Notes under the pieces: generated by a model
The model's database searches: none
The model's input: the letters and a program-made list of their open reading frames with translations, nothing else
What the model was told of the DNA's origin: nothing
Shown: positions 48,783 to 61,338 of the stretch, one piece after another
Numbering within the stretch: position 1 is the first letter of the stretch
How the letters are laid out: the number at the start of each line of letters is the position of its first letter
Assembly: GCA_965644295.1 (NCBI GenBank)
Contig: CBFFRP010000185.1
Coordinates: forward strand, 128,284-192,283
Direction of reading: 5' to 3'
Origin: Paraphysomonas bandaiensis
Taxonomy: Eukaryota > Protista > Chrysophyceae
Length of the DNA stretch: 64,000 nt
Made by a program: the position numbers and the translations under genes

Positions 48783-49830
48783 CAGGGCCTGGTAACCATT
48801 AATGGCCCAGTAATGGTAGTCCAGTTCCCGGCAATTATAATGGCCCATTAATGGCCATTAATACCTACTAACTTAAAGAAGCAGATAATACCGCTCATAT
48901 AATATATTGTGTGGTGCTCCCTTAATTACTAATTTTTAATTAAAAATAACAGACTACTTCTCGCTCTCTACTGGGGCACATCAGGATCTTCTTGCAGGGC
49001 TTCATGGAGGGTATAAGCATCCCACAACACGGCTCGTAAGAATAGCAACGATTCTAGACGATATAGATTCATGTGTCTACGCTCAGATGTCATAATCAAC
49101 TTTGCACGACTAAAGATCCTCTCAACAACATTAGAATGTGCTTCAATATGAAGCAAGCAGCGGTAGTGGACTAAGAGGTACTATAAGTCGCTGTCTAGAA
49201 CAAGCTGTGCAAAATCAGTTCTTTCACTCTCGTCCTCGTTATTTCTGTCGGTTGCACCAACATCAATGGATGAATCTAGTTGCAGTTGATGTATAACTGC
49301 TCTTCTCTCATTGCCTGTCAACTCTCTTTTATAGTTCCCTTGAATTTTTTAGCCATTGCCTTCTCAAAAATTGCACTGGCAACAATGCTTGCATTCAGGG
49401 AAAGGTATGGATATATATATATTGACAGCTTATTATTTAGCAGTAGGCGCTAAAAATCTGCACCAATGTAGTGGCTAGTTAGTTGAATGCTATAAGCAGA
49501 CTATTTAGACCTCTATCCATAGCTAATCAGCACAAACGCTATTATCCTACTATTTAACGCTACAGAAGCTGCTTGTGCGTCGCCGCAAGCACCAAGGTGC
49601 GACCACTTCCGTTCTTAATGTTGATTGTGAGTTTCGCCATGATCGTGGCAACAATGCTTGCATTCAGGGAAAGGTATGGATGCAGCTCTGGAAATTCTTG
49701 TAGCAGTATATCAAATAACTGGCGGGCTTGGTACAAATTGGTTCCAACTCTTTGTAAGGCAAGCGTAACACTCTGTAATTTTTCAAGCTGTGTCAAACAT
49801 TGTTTCAGCTGGAGTAAGAATCTGTAGAAA
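48783..49830 (-). mobile_element. hAT DNA transposon remnant (family 2, TIR CAGGGCCTGGTAA)
   Basis: TIR shared with the MITE at 55797; transposase fragments SNVVERIFSRAK..RRHM..LESLLFLR (hAT dimerisation domain) and LQSVTLALQ; other end not found. Confidence 0.8.
49413..49645 (-). mobile_element. LINE-A-related 3' UTR fragment inserted in the hAT remnant; 36-bp TSD
   Basis: tggcaacaatgcttgcattcagggaaaggtatggat at 49377-49412 and 49646-49681; insert homologous to 380-590; (TA)n tail. Confidence 0.88.
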
Positions 49831-50446
49831 AAGGAGATGCTTTCTTATAAAAGACAATCTGGAGTAAGGAGATATATTCTATCCTTACTATCTATTATCC
49901 TATATATATTATATATATACAATTCAGCAATGCTCAGCGTATTCAAAAGAATGAAATAAATTACCTTATAAATAAAAAAGAAAAAAAGAAGGGTTAGGGT
50001 TCTAAGATATTACTACTTACGTCGTCTTCTTCTTATCCTTTTCTCAATAAACAACCCACTTTTGTTACATATAGTCACAATATTTCAATTCAGCTATCAA
50101 CTTCTTCGTGGCATTTTCAATCTCATGTGTAACTGTATTCTTCACATCACCAACGGATATAATTCAAGACCTTAAAACCAGATCATTGCATTGCTTATCT
50201 TTGGCAAACTACCATATAAAGATACTGCATCAAAATATGTAGTGTATGTACGTCTTTTTATGATATTTCATTTCAATAAAATTTGAAAGCAACATACAAC
50301 GGACAACTACTAGAGTGTCTTGAAAACTTGAATAAGTCTTAAGTTATTAATTCAACAATGCCCAAAAACTAGTTGACACAGCTGCGCATTGCAGTATTTC
50401 TCAATACAACTCTCATTACATGATACCAATAAACTTAACACAGTCC

Positions 50447-52161
50447 TTACAGCTCCCCACCTTCGTATAGAGCTTTCCGGGTTCCCACGCTATCGTGGTT
50501 GAATGGACGAGATACGCTTTCGTCCATTTCTGAAGGCAAAACTTCCGAGTGCACGGAGTGATCCGGGAGGCGGCTATATCCCTGCATACTGTGCGACAGA
50601 ATCCCCACAAATGCGACGAACCCAACCACAAGAGCCCCAAAGAAAAGCGAGATAGTAGTGTAATTAAACTTAGAAGCGTGGTGAGCAGCAACGCTCCAGT
50701 AGTTATCGTAACTTGGGAGGTTACTCTCTTGCATAGCCTCAACGCCCTCGTATACAATTGACTCAAGTTCAAGAGATACGAGTTCAGCAGCACGAACTTG
50801 GCTGAGAGTAGACGCACCAGCCAAACGCGCGGCACCGTTCAAGGCACTCACGAAATTCGGAGATGACAGACGTGACGAAAGCTTGTTCTCCAGGCTGGAA
50901 ACCAGGTTCTCTACTTTTCTGAAATCTCTGCCGTCTACACCGTATGTGGTCTCAGACACGAATGATACTTCGAATTCAACATCAAAGGTGAACTCCGAAA
51001 GGCGCCTGTTGGAAGTGTCAAGCTCACGGGTATCCAATGCAGTCGAAACAACAGCAAGGTCCTCGGCATTCCAACCGTTAACATAATCAGCCAGAACTCG
51101 TGACACAATAGCAGTGTCAGCAGAGTTAAATATCTCGGAGTTAAATCCAGCAAGAGCAATAATTCCACTAAGAGTGACGGTCGAAGTTACAGTTCCAAAG
51201 CAATCCGTTTCTAGAGATACCAAACTGTCCGGGATGCACTTACCCTTCTTTACATGGAACGTAAGCTCGTGGGCGTATCCGCCAGTGATGCCACAAAAGT
51301 CCCACGCAGTGAAGTCGTCAGCGTCGCCGCTGAAACGCATAGTATACGACCCATCACCGAGGCACAGGTTACAAAATCCACTTCCACCATCACAAAGAGT
51401 GCCAGTATAAAACAACTCCGTTCTAGTGTCATCGGCAAGGTACCAGCTAGCCCCGTGATAGTCATTTTTCCACCATCCATCACCTTGTTCATCCCACATT
51501 GTAACTCTTACATTGACAGCAGGAGGGCCATAGCGCGGTTTCGATTTGGCTGTAGTGGTAGAGTTCGAGGAAGTAGTAGTGTCGCCCTTGATAGGAGCCT
51601 TCTTCTTCGGCTTCTTCTTAGACTTCTTCTTTGGTTTGGGCTTGCATGCCTTGGCATCTCCGCAAGCGTCACACTCCTTTTCATTGGGCCACAGGTTCTC
51701 CCAGTAGACGAGAGACCATTCATCCCCGTCAGCATCATAATTCCAAATCATTGTTGTGTTGTAGCCTCCAGTGTAGTACACACCAGTCGTATTACAGCCT
51801 ACAACAGACACCCTCCAATAGTCCTGAATAAAATTATATCAGTAAGGACACAAATCAAATACACATGGCGGGTACACACCTCCCAATAGTTCTTGGGTGT
51901 GTAGGACTCATTCTCGTGGATGAGGATCATGGGGTAGTTACCACTCTGGTCAGTGCAGAGTTTCTCGACAGTAGGGTTTTTATCGCAGGTGGGAGCACCC
52001 GAGAAAACATCATCCCAGGGTGTTTCGACGTATACTTCAGCGCCGTCCCATCCATCCCCATAGAAATCAAGCATATATATCTCCAAACATGTTCTATTCG
52101 TATCACAATTTGCACTCACGCTGACAGCGTAAGCCAGCAACAGAGTAATTGCCCGAATCAT
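50447..52161 (-). CDS. Type I membrane/secreted protein with two DxxGDGW Cys-rich modules
   Basis: Signal peptide; DFYGDGW and DEQGDGW; C-terminal TM; intron 51824-51879 in frame. Confidence 0.8.
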
Positions 52162-52673
52162 AGCTGGGCCTAGAAAATAAACTCTATGCTACAGCAGATT
52201 ATTATTAATATACCACACGTAGCGATTATATTTAACCGGGGCTCAATCTATGGCTCGAACACAGCTGCACTCTCATCACATGCAAAAATTACATCCCGGG
52301 GGTCTCTGCAGGGTGGAGGCGGATCCTCGTACTGCTGCACCAATCGCCTGTATGATATGATACAGTGCAGTAGTACAAGAAGAGGTATGATATACGCCGA
52401 TATACTGTACATATACACGACTGTATACTCTGCGTACTCTGTTTCCCTTTCGGAACTGGTATACCGTATACGGAAGTGACATCACTGTAGACTGTACGTA
52501 GTACAGTGTACACAATATCCCATATAACAGCACATGTCTACCATGCAGGTATACAGTGTATATGGTATACCGGTATACAGTACCGTATCAGTGCAGTGAG
52601 GAAGGCATGGCTGATGATGGTACCATAACAATGTCTCCCATGCGTCTCATATAACGACAGAGTAGTACCTTAC

Positions 52674-54779
52674 ATGCGCTTCGTTCTTGTGGTATTAGTT
52701 TTATTCCGGGCGTGCTTTAGCGTGCAGAGTATTCCTGGAATAGGGTTTCAGGTGCACTCTATCAATGACCTCAATGAGTGGAATCAACTGCTGCTCAAAG
52801 GATCAGTCCATTTCAAAATTGATCCGCATTACACGACAAGTGATGATTGTTCTTTGAGTGGTATAGAGTCTCGCGAGGGTTGTTTGCTTCTCTCTCATGA
52901 CTATCCAGAAACAGATAAGGCTGAGTATGATTCCTCTGACGATCTTGTCAAGTATCTCTATTCTGATGAATTTTCGCGTCATCGCAATGGTAGAAATATC
53001 TCGATTGCCCTCTGTTTCAAGAGTGCCCCTGAAAAATGCCAAGAAAATTCCACCCTTTTTAACGATTGGTTATATTTGGTTGACAATCTCCACTCGCAGC
53101 TAACTCAGAAGGGCGGACCAGAAGGTGTTGAGATAGTGTTAGATGGTGATGGAAAACCTATTGACTGTTTAGTTGGTCGATGGAAACCTTGGAATTCTGT
53201 TTGGATTGAAGGGAAGAGTCCAAGAGAAGCATTGTATTCGAATGCCTTGGAAGTAAGTTAATCGCAGTATTGTGTGGATACATGCTAACAAAAAATATGT
53301 TTCCAGAACGACTATTATAGGTTCCAGATTCTTAATGATCCAGAAGGTTATTTGGACTGGAAAGCAATGTCTGTTATTAATTACGGAAAGTTTTCAGAGT
53401 CGCAGTATGCGTACCAACTGTGGGAGGTATTTATCCTTAAATTTGTTTCACTTTTACTCAGCTGCTACTCACAGCCAGATGGACAGCGTGATATTCTGAA
53501 CTACATCTCAATATATGAAAAGGGCCAACCGCATATCCCCGGTTTCGATTTTGCGATCAACATCGACGTCGGTATGTTTGGGGTGTATTCGAGTTCTCCT
53601 CAGGGATCCTTAAGTTGCAAAGTCCCTGAGTCCGATGGATTTATGCGCCCGTTACTCCAATTCTTGCGCCCACCACCATCTCGATTTTCTTTCCTTCAGG
53701 TTGTAGAGCGGGAGTGCACAGATGAAAAGGTTGTGATGTATGGATATCTGTCAAACCCACAGCGTATGGGGAGTGGAGGAGAAATTCCACCACTGTCTAC
53801 TCTCCCCGGTGGAGACACTCTAGTGAAGTCAGGGGCAGGTGTTGTTGCACTGTCTTTGTTGCATCAAAACCTAGTCGTTGTATCCTCAAATGGAATGATG
53901 AACTCCTATTCGATTTTAGCTGAAAGGGAGGATGCCCCGCTGATGCTCAAGACGCAAGGGAGCTTGTTGGGATTGGATGGTGTGCTTGACGGTGTGCTCG
54001 TCCATGATGATCGCTGCCTGGGGCAGTGCCTAGTGTCGCTCTCCTTCACAGAGGATTCTGGACTGTTACTGTCTCTCTCTGACCTATTAAATGACACTGT
54101 GAGATCTGGCTACCCTCTTTTGACCTCTGTGGGTCTCTCTCTCCCGTCCATAGAAGGAGTTGCAGCTGGCAGGGTTAGAATACATAGCGAAGGTGTCCTT
54201 GTGTTCTGCTCCGCAGGGGATACAATGTATCTTGCTTCGCTTCCAAAAGAAGTATTGCTTGCTGAGTTGAAAAATGCGTTTCCGATACAGTGGGTGGTCG
54301 TCGGGACTGGCAGACATATTGATGTTACTATCAGTGGGCAAGATCAGAGTGATGTGCTGATGGTAGTATCTGATTTTGGTTACTGCTACAACAGCCACAA
54401 GCACAACACCAGAAGCAGCCCAACAGTGTGCTCCTCACCCGCGTCCCCCACAGCATCGGTGCTTGACTATAGCCTAGGACTCATTAAAGACTGGCTCCAT
54501 GTAGCAAATGGAAAATCACAGAAGATCACCTCTTGCCATCAAAGGATAATGCACGGAAGCTATGACCAGGGCTCTAGGCCTGCTGTTGCACTTTCTTCGA
54601 GTGCTGGAACTAATGCAATTGAGAACAATCATCTTTATTTTTTAGTGGCTCATGAAGCTCTACCTGCGAATTCCAGCACTAGAAATAACTGTGGAAATCC
54701 GATGCACAGAGATGGAATAGTCCTAGATTCTTTCCCTGTAAATGACTGGATTCAGCGTCTCAGAGCATTTGATGAGTAA
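52674..54779 (+). CDS. Secreted protein with PLC-like phosphodiesterase (TIM-barrel)-like N-terminal domain, multi-exon
   Basis: Signal peptide; QVHSIND...KGSVHFKID...LLLSHD pattern; short introns near 53252 and 53427. Confidence 0.6.
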
Positions 54780-55103
54780 ATATTTTGCTCGTGTTTATAT
54801 ATAAAGTAATTGCATTTATCTAAGGTACTTGCCAGATATGGTTTATGGTACCTGTATATGTGTTGTCTAGTAGATATGGTGTGAATGTTTGTGTGCGTGC
54901 CTGTGGTTGATTCGAATGTTGCGATGGAAGAGTTCTAATGTTATTGCATAGAGTGTTGAGTTGTTCTGACAGTATAAATTAAAAAATATGAAAGTTCTCA
55001 AATAATTTTAGCTCAAACATATAATATTCATGGAAATGTCACCTATGTTCACTCGTCAGTCTCACGTTAATACTCTGTATACAAATAGTAATGTATATGT
55101 TAC

Positions 55104-55609
55104 CAGGGCTGCGTATCAATTAATTGTCAATTAATTGACGCAGGTTGTAGTCAATTATAATTGCAATTATTACTTGCTGTCTCAATTTCAACTATTGCAA
55201 TTAACTGCAATTAATTGCAATTAATTGCAATTATTTAGTACTAAAATAAACTAGCTGCGAATATAGCTACCTCAACTGTCATTTCATTCCAGAGGCAACG
55301 ATTCATGCGTAAAAACATAATAAGCACTAAATGTTGAGGAGTCAAGCTCTTGAGCAAGCCCATCATAACAATCGTAGCCTCTACTGAACAACCTCTCAAC
55401 CTTATTGGTTGTGCTATGCAAGTGTTTCATCCGTAACGAGTTTGCTGGTTAAGTCTTGCTCGCTTCCGCTGCCTGCTACCATCAAACAAACGTTGCGCTG
55501 CGTCGTCATTCGGAGCTAGACTCGCACCGTCATAATCTTCTTCTTCCTCATTGAACAAATATATTTTAGTTTGATCCTTTGAAAATCAATTAATTGATAC
55601 GCAGCCCTG
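55104..55609 (-). mobile_element. Non-autonomous hAT element (family 1), 8-bp TSD TATGTTAC
   Basis: TIR CAGGGCTGCGTATCAATTAATTG at both ends; TSD at 55096-55103 and 55610-55617; inverted homology to 58440-58907. Confidence 0.93.
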
Positions 55610-55796
55610 TATGTTACTAAGTGTGAATAGTGTTATATATAACATCTGTTTATCATGTAATGTACACTAAGTGTGTTACTAAGTGTGAATAGAAGTAAGT
55701 GTTACTAAGTTTTGACTTCTGTAGACTTACATCAGTTACTGGATCTACTTCCTCCGTCACTTTGTTTACCATTTTTACATTATTCATGAGGTGATT

Positions 55797-55921
55797 CAGG
55801 GCCTGGTAATCGTTAATGGTGATGGCATTAGTGGCTATTAATACGCCATTAATGGTAATGCCATTATAATTGCCGGGAACTTAAAAATTATAAATGGGCC
55901 ATTAACGGTTACCAGGCTCTG
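55797..55921. mobile_element. 125-bp hAT MITE (family 2), 8-bp TSD AGGTGATT
   Basis: TIRs cagggcctggtaatcgttaatgg / ccattaacggttaccaggctctg; TSD at 55789-55796 and 55922-55929. Confidence 0.92.
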
Positions 55922-56052
55922 AGGTGATTGCACCTATCACACAACAAACACCAAAACTCCCAATCATTACAATTCTAAATTAGTTACGACGAGCTCTCTT
56001 AACCTTGGGTACTTCCCAAATCAACTGTAGGCCTTAGTTTTACTCCAAGACT

Positions 56053-56534
56053 CCCTCAACAAAGTCGGACTTGCACTTTTCATTCTGTTCTGGGGAATAA
56101 ATACCGGAGATATTTCTCCGCGAAACTAAAGTGAGCCGCATATATAGTCAGCAGATATTGTTCAGCTCGCTCATAGCCAAATGCTTGTGTGGTGTAAGGG
56201 ACACTAAAATGTAACTATCACTTGTGTAGACTTCTTTGCGTCTTGATGAATAAACAGGCATTCAAGGTATTGGGCTGCCTACTAAAGCCAAGCATCCGGG
56301 ATGTTCACCTCAAGGACTCAAAAATCCTGAAGTCAGCAGATATCAGGTATATCAACATTCTGCTTAGTGATAGAGCAAAAGTGTTAGCACCTTGGTGCTT
56401 GCGGTGACGCACAAGCAGCTTTCGTAGCGCAAAATAGTAGGAGATATCAGAGTTAAGCACTAGTTCTTTAAATTGTTTTGCTACTTTAGTTCTGACTCTT
56501 AAACGCCTATTGCTAATAATCAGGCATTCACTAC
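56053..56534 (+). mobile_element. SINE-like element, full length (~480 bp), 12-bp TSD TACTCCAAGACT
   Basis: TSD at 56041-56052 and 56535-56546; 3' part homologous to the LINE-A 3' UTR; (TAC)n end. Confidence 0.88.
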
Positions 56535-56981
56535 TACTCCAAGACTGTGTGCTCCCTCTGGTCAATAAAATGCCAGACCACATAAAATATGGGTAATATC
56601 GACTGTTCACCTGAGTGAATTGTCTTTTAGATCGACATACTCTCTATATGGTTCGATCGTTGATGCTGAACAAATTTCTTAATAATTTTCAACAGGTTGA
56701 CTATCCGATACTACAGCATTTACCGTAGTTTATTCCGTTTACGCTGATGTTTGAACTGCATCCTCGATACAGCTAGTGTATGGAACTACACGATAGTGAT
56801 CTACTAACCTCGAACAATATACGTATCCCGAAGTCGGTTGACTTGTCAACAGATCACGCTTTTGGTGACGATATATATATAGATGAAGTTATGTCGCTAG
56901 GCTAAATAATATAAAATTGCGTGTAGTAGTCATCATGAATGATGTAAGACATGTTATCAATAACATAATTTTATACTTCTG

Positions 56982-57643
56982 TCAACCTCTGATCAACTTC
57001 CGTTTCACAGTTATAGCTATATAATATATAATAGTTATGTGGCCACGTATTACAGTTTTTCACATATTGTTCTAACGTATTCTACAGTTCTTTTTTAGAG
57101 ATTCATATGTTTTCCAACAAGGACAAGTCCACCCCTTCTTGTAGAGGTAGTGCGCTGCACTCGTCTTTGACAATGAAGGTAACAAATACCCAATACTGAA
57201 TACTGACCAACAAGCTTGCGTATAAATTGAAAACCAACAATTATGTGTTACGCAAGCCTGACACCACCCTTGGATACATTCGTCACCACCCTTGGATACG
57301 TTGCACGAGGGCAGCAGTCAACCGTTGGATATCAGCAATATGAAAGGACGTTTAATCTTGCGCTAGCTCAACTATACTTGAAGTCAAGGTTCTCTACAGC
57401 CCACGAGCTGAATTTAATTTCCTTGCAACTGGATACCATTATTCATTTAGTAACTCTCTTCAAACGTAGGAAATATGCTTCTTTCATATCAACCTCTGAT
57501 TAACTTCCGTATCTTGCTTTGTAATGATACTTTAGTTTCACAGTGATATAGCTTTATAGTATTTTTGACTACGTATTACAATATTTTACATTGTATTTAA
57601 CGTATTCTACAGTTCTATCTTATGGAAACATACGTATTCCAAC
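56982..57643. repeat. Diverged ~140-bp direct repeats ending TTCCAACA (56982-57119; 57490-57643), possible TRIM/LTR remnant
   Basis: Shared caacctctgat.aacttccgt...acgtattctacagttct...ttccaaca; the same terminus occurs inverted at ~13236-13270. Confidence 0.5.
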
Positions 57644-57696
57644 ACTTAGCAATATTATATATATATGGAACAAATTTTCGGTATAATATCTAATTG

Positions 57697-58907
57697 CAGG
57701 GCTGCGTATCAATTAATTGTCAATTATTGAAATTGCAATAATTGAAATTGGGATATCAAATCATAATAATAATTGCAATAATTATAATTGACTCCAGCTC
57801 GCTTTAATTAATTGAAGTCCCACCTTTTATGCTAAAACTTTGTTCATAAAATGCATTTTTATTGAAAAAATCCAATTTTTAGGATAAAAATCTAAGATTG
57901 GTGAAAGACTATAATATCCATAAAATTATCTCACATAGTAATTCATTTAACTTAGTTAGCGATATGAGCGACAAACTGACACCAGAAGTCATTGCACGAG
58001 TGAAAGTAAATAATTTGAGAAAGCAAAATAATAATAAAATAACGAAGAGTCTGCAATAGAGATTTGTCCTGTAGTAGGAAAAGGGGCTCCACATTTTCCG
58101 TGATTGGCCGCCACTTTCTTCTATCTACTAATCATTCTAGTTTAGTTCCGACGTGCTAAGTCTAATGCCAAGTTAAAAGGAGCATGCCAAGCTCGTGCAA
58201 TCTGGGAGGAATAGGAATTGTTTCAACTAGCGTACTTACATTGTTTCAACTAGTGTCCTAACAATTACAGAAGTAAGGTTAACACCAGCTTGACCTCCAC
58301 GACGCTTGTACATTGCGTGACGAACTCTTCATAAGGCACCCGATTGTTGGGCGTCATCTGGGCGACAGTGCTTCTATTATTCATAACGCTGCTTTCATTG
58401 AAGATTCAATGTGGCAACGAAGCCGTAACTCGGACGGCAAAGGATCTAACTAGAATATTTTTGCTCGATGAGGAAGAAGAAGATTATGACGGTGCGAGCC
58501 TAGTACCGAATGATGACACAGCGCAACATTTGATTGATGGTAGCAGGCAGCGGAAGCGAGCATGACTTAACCAGAAAACTCGTTACCACAGCATGAAATA
58601 CTTGCATACCACAACCAATAAAGTTGAAAGGTTGTTCAGTAGAGCTACGATTGTTATGATGACGGGCTTGCGCAAACGCTTGACTCCTCAACATTTAAGA
58701 GCTAATTATGTTTTTTTCGCATGAATCGTCACCTCTGCAATAAAATGACAGTTGGGGTAGCTATATTGGCAGCTAGTGTATTTTAGTACTAAATAATTGC
58801 AATTCAATAATTGCAATAATTGAAGTTGAGACAACAAGTAACAATTGCAATTATAATTGACTACAACCTGCGTCAAATAATTGGCAATTAATTGATACGC
58901 AGCCCTG
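57697..58907 (+). mobile_element. Non-autonomous hAT element (family 1) with transposase remnant
   Basis: Same TIRs as 55104-55609; imperfect TSD ctaatt(a)g; TTNKVERLFSRA..LRKRLTPQHL hAT dimerisation remnant at ~58605-58697. Confidence 0.9.
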
Positions 58908-59230
58908 CTAATTAGTACAACCGGCTTTACTTATATATTCGTAATCATCAACTACACACTCTCTTCATTACTACGTTTCTCTCACGTCGAAGCATTCGCA
59001 GGAATAACTCCTTACATAATATTCTTATTAAACTAAATATACATATCTTGAAATGTACTTCGATCGAAACCTCGATCACTATGATCATATGTAATTCGAA
59101 AAAGCAGTCGAACTTCATGCGTTCCATATAGCTCGCTTTATAAACACTCCTGAACTGACAAATTGACATCTTCCCCATGACACAAGGAAAATATATGCTA
59201 TAATACAGAATACTGGGCCGAAGATTTGAT

Positions 59231-60162
59231 CTACGCTATCTGTACATGAGGGCTCAAAATCTGTGATGCTTGCTCCGATAGCTGCTCCTTTGTAATATAT
59301 CCAGCTTCTCCAACGGAAGCAGCTAATGTACTGATGGTACTCTTCGACAGGTGAAGTATATTACCCTCCCCGTCAATAGCACTATGCACCTTCCGGGAAT
59401 CAATGAGAGACTGCACAAGAAGCAGACACAAAACTGTAGAAATATTGAATTCATCCGCCAGTTCTTCTACAGATATAACCTATAGTATACCAAAGTATTT
59501 TGATTGATATCATATGGGTAAGTTTTAGGTCGCCACGATACCTCTCTCTCCGAAATTCTGGTGCACAGTAAGTCCAGATCCTTCTCACCAAGAGATGAGT
59601 CATCTAGCGATACAGGGTCTTTCCAAGGGTTGTACTCTAAAGCAAGCTTCCTTTCTCGTTCTAATCTCACGCGCTCTGCTTCTTCTTCCTTCCGCTGAAA
59701 TTCCAACTCCTTTTCATGCTCCCGTTCACGGAGCGCTTCTAATCGTTTCTCCTCTTTTTCTTTTCTTGCTTCTCTTCGAGCCTCCTCCGCCTGTCGAGCC
59801 GCAGCCTTTGCGCGCCGTTTCTCGTGCTTTTGAATATCTTTTTTCGACATATTGGCGAGATCAACATCATCCCCTCCGTCGCCATCCTCCTCCTCATTGT
59901 CACCATTCGGGTTCCTCAGTCGTCTGCGGAGACCTGTGTTCCTGTCACCCCCTCTGTTAACTGCCTCTGCATCTCCTCGATTATAGGGGGCATCTGCTAA
60001 TAGACCACACACATCACATTAAAAGAGCTAACTCGATAGATACTGACAGTGATGAGTACCTTCAGCCTCTTTCACTCGACCCGCATAAGAGTACATTAGG
60101 TACACTATCGAACCCAGCCCTAGAAGAGAGACTGCTAACAGGATGATATCCTTCAAGCCCAT
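59231..60162 (-). CDS. DDRGK1: DDRGK domain-containing protein 1 (UFBP1)-like
   Basis: N-terminal TM exon (ATG 60162), charged coiled coil, EYNPWKD, then spliced VISVEELADEFNIST...IDGEGNILHLS...GYIT..L winged-helix pattern; two short introns. Confidence 0.72.
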
Positions 60163-60530
60163 TAGTACGAATATATAAAGTCACAGAGATAAGCAAAGAT
60201 CTCTAAGCCGTACAGCTGGCACACATGTATGTAATGATCAGCACGTGGATGTATGTATAAGTTGCTGGCATCTCATGGGTAGGTACTGTACCTTCTGTGG
60301 AGTATATACCCTAGAATACAGTGCAATAGGAATACCATACCATGTTGCTGTTGTGCTATGTGCTATGTTCCTATCAGCGTATACCGTATACGGTATACCT
60401 ACACTGGCCTGTTGAGGGTGTTCATATTGGCGCGGCGGTGTCCTGTGCAGCAGTGGATGTGTACATAGAGGCCGAGCAATATCTCCTTCATATCAGCATC
60501 ACGATTCGCAGAATAAGCAGTAAATTGTGG

Positions 60531-61142
60531 ATGTCATCGGAGGTACGGTTGTGTTAGTTCTTGTGTGCGCTCAATGTTCTGCTCACTGTTCGATGATAGG
60601 GTCATATTCTTCCGAAACTGATTGCATTTGATTTGGACGGCACGATATGGTCTCCTGATATGTATATGCTGTGGGGAGGTGGGAGCCCTTTCAAGGTTGT
60701 TGGAGATGGAACAGAAAAGTTGCTTGACTGTTCGGGGGCTACTGTACGGCTTCTTGGTGTGAGCGGGCGCGTGTTGCATGAGTTACGACACGATCCGAAG
60801 TGGGCGAATACGGTGTGTGCCTTTGCGTCAACAACTGATGAACCGAGCTGGGCCGACGAGTGTCTTCACAAATTTAGAACAACCCCAGATGGAGAGCCAC
60901 TAGTTGCGTGTGTTGATTCAAGCCACATATACAAAGGGAACAAACAGACACATTTCAGAAATATGAAAAAAGAATATCCACATATTGAATTTTGTGATAT
61001 GGTGTTTTTTGACAATCAGATGGACAACATTAGTTCTGTTAGTCGCCTGGGAGTTCATTGCGTATATTGCCCAGATGGTATAACTGAACAAATATGGAAT
61101 GAGGGTCTGAAAAGCTATTCGCGATCCAAGCAGCAGGCGTAG
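60531..61142 (+). CDS. MDP1: Magnesium-dependent phosphatase 1 (HAD superfamily)
   Basis: LPKLIAFDLDGTIW, ASTT, K..HF, MVFFDN...VSRLGV; intron 60543-60599. Confidence 0.88.
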
Positions 61143-61338
61143 ATTCCACGGCGTGCTGAATTGACTACTGTGTCAGTATTGCTGTGTGCCAATTAATGGT
61201 AGTGGTGTTATATTCACGTAGTAATTATAAAAGTATTGATATTCCCATTCTACTCATCAGATAGCGGGAAGACGATCTGTTTCACAGGTTCTAATCGGCT
61301 TTCGAAAGTAAACTTCCCATATTTTTTACTGCGATTAG

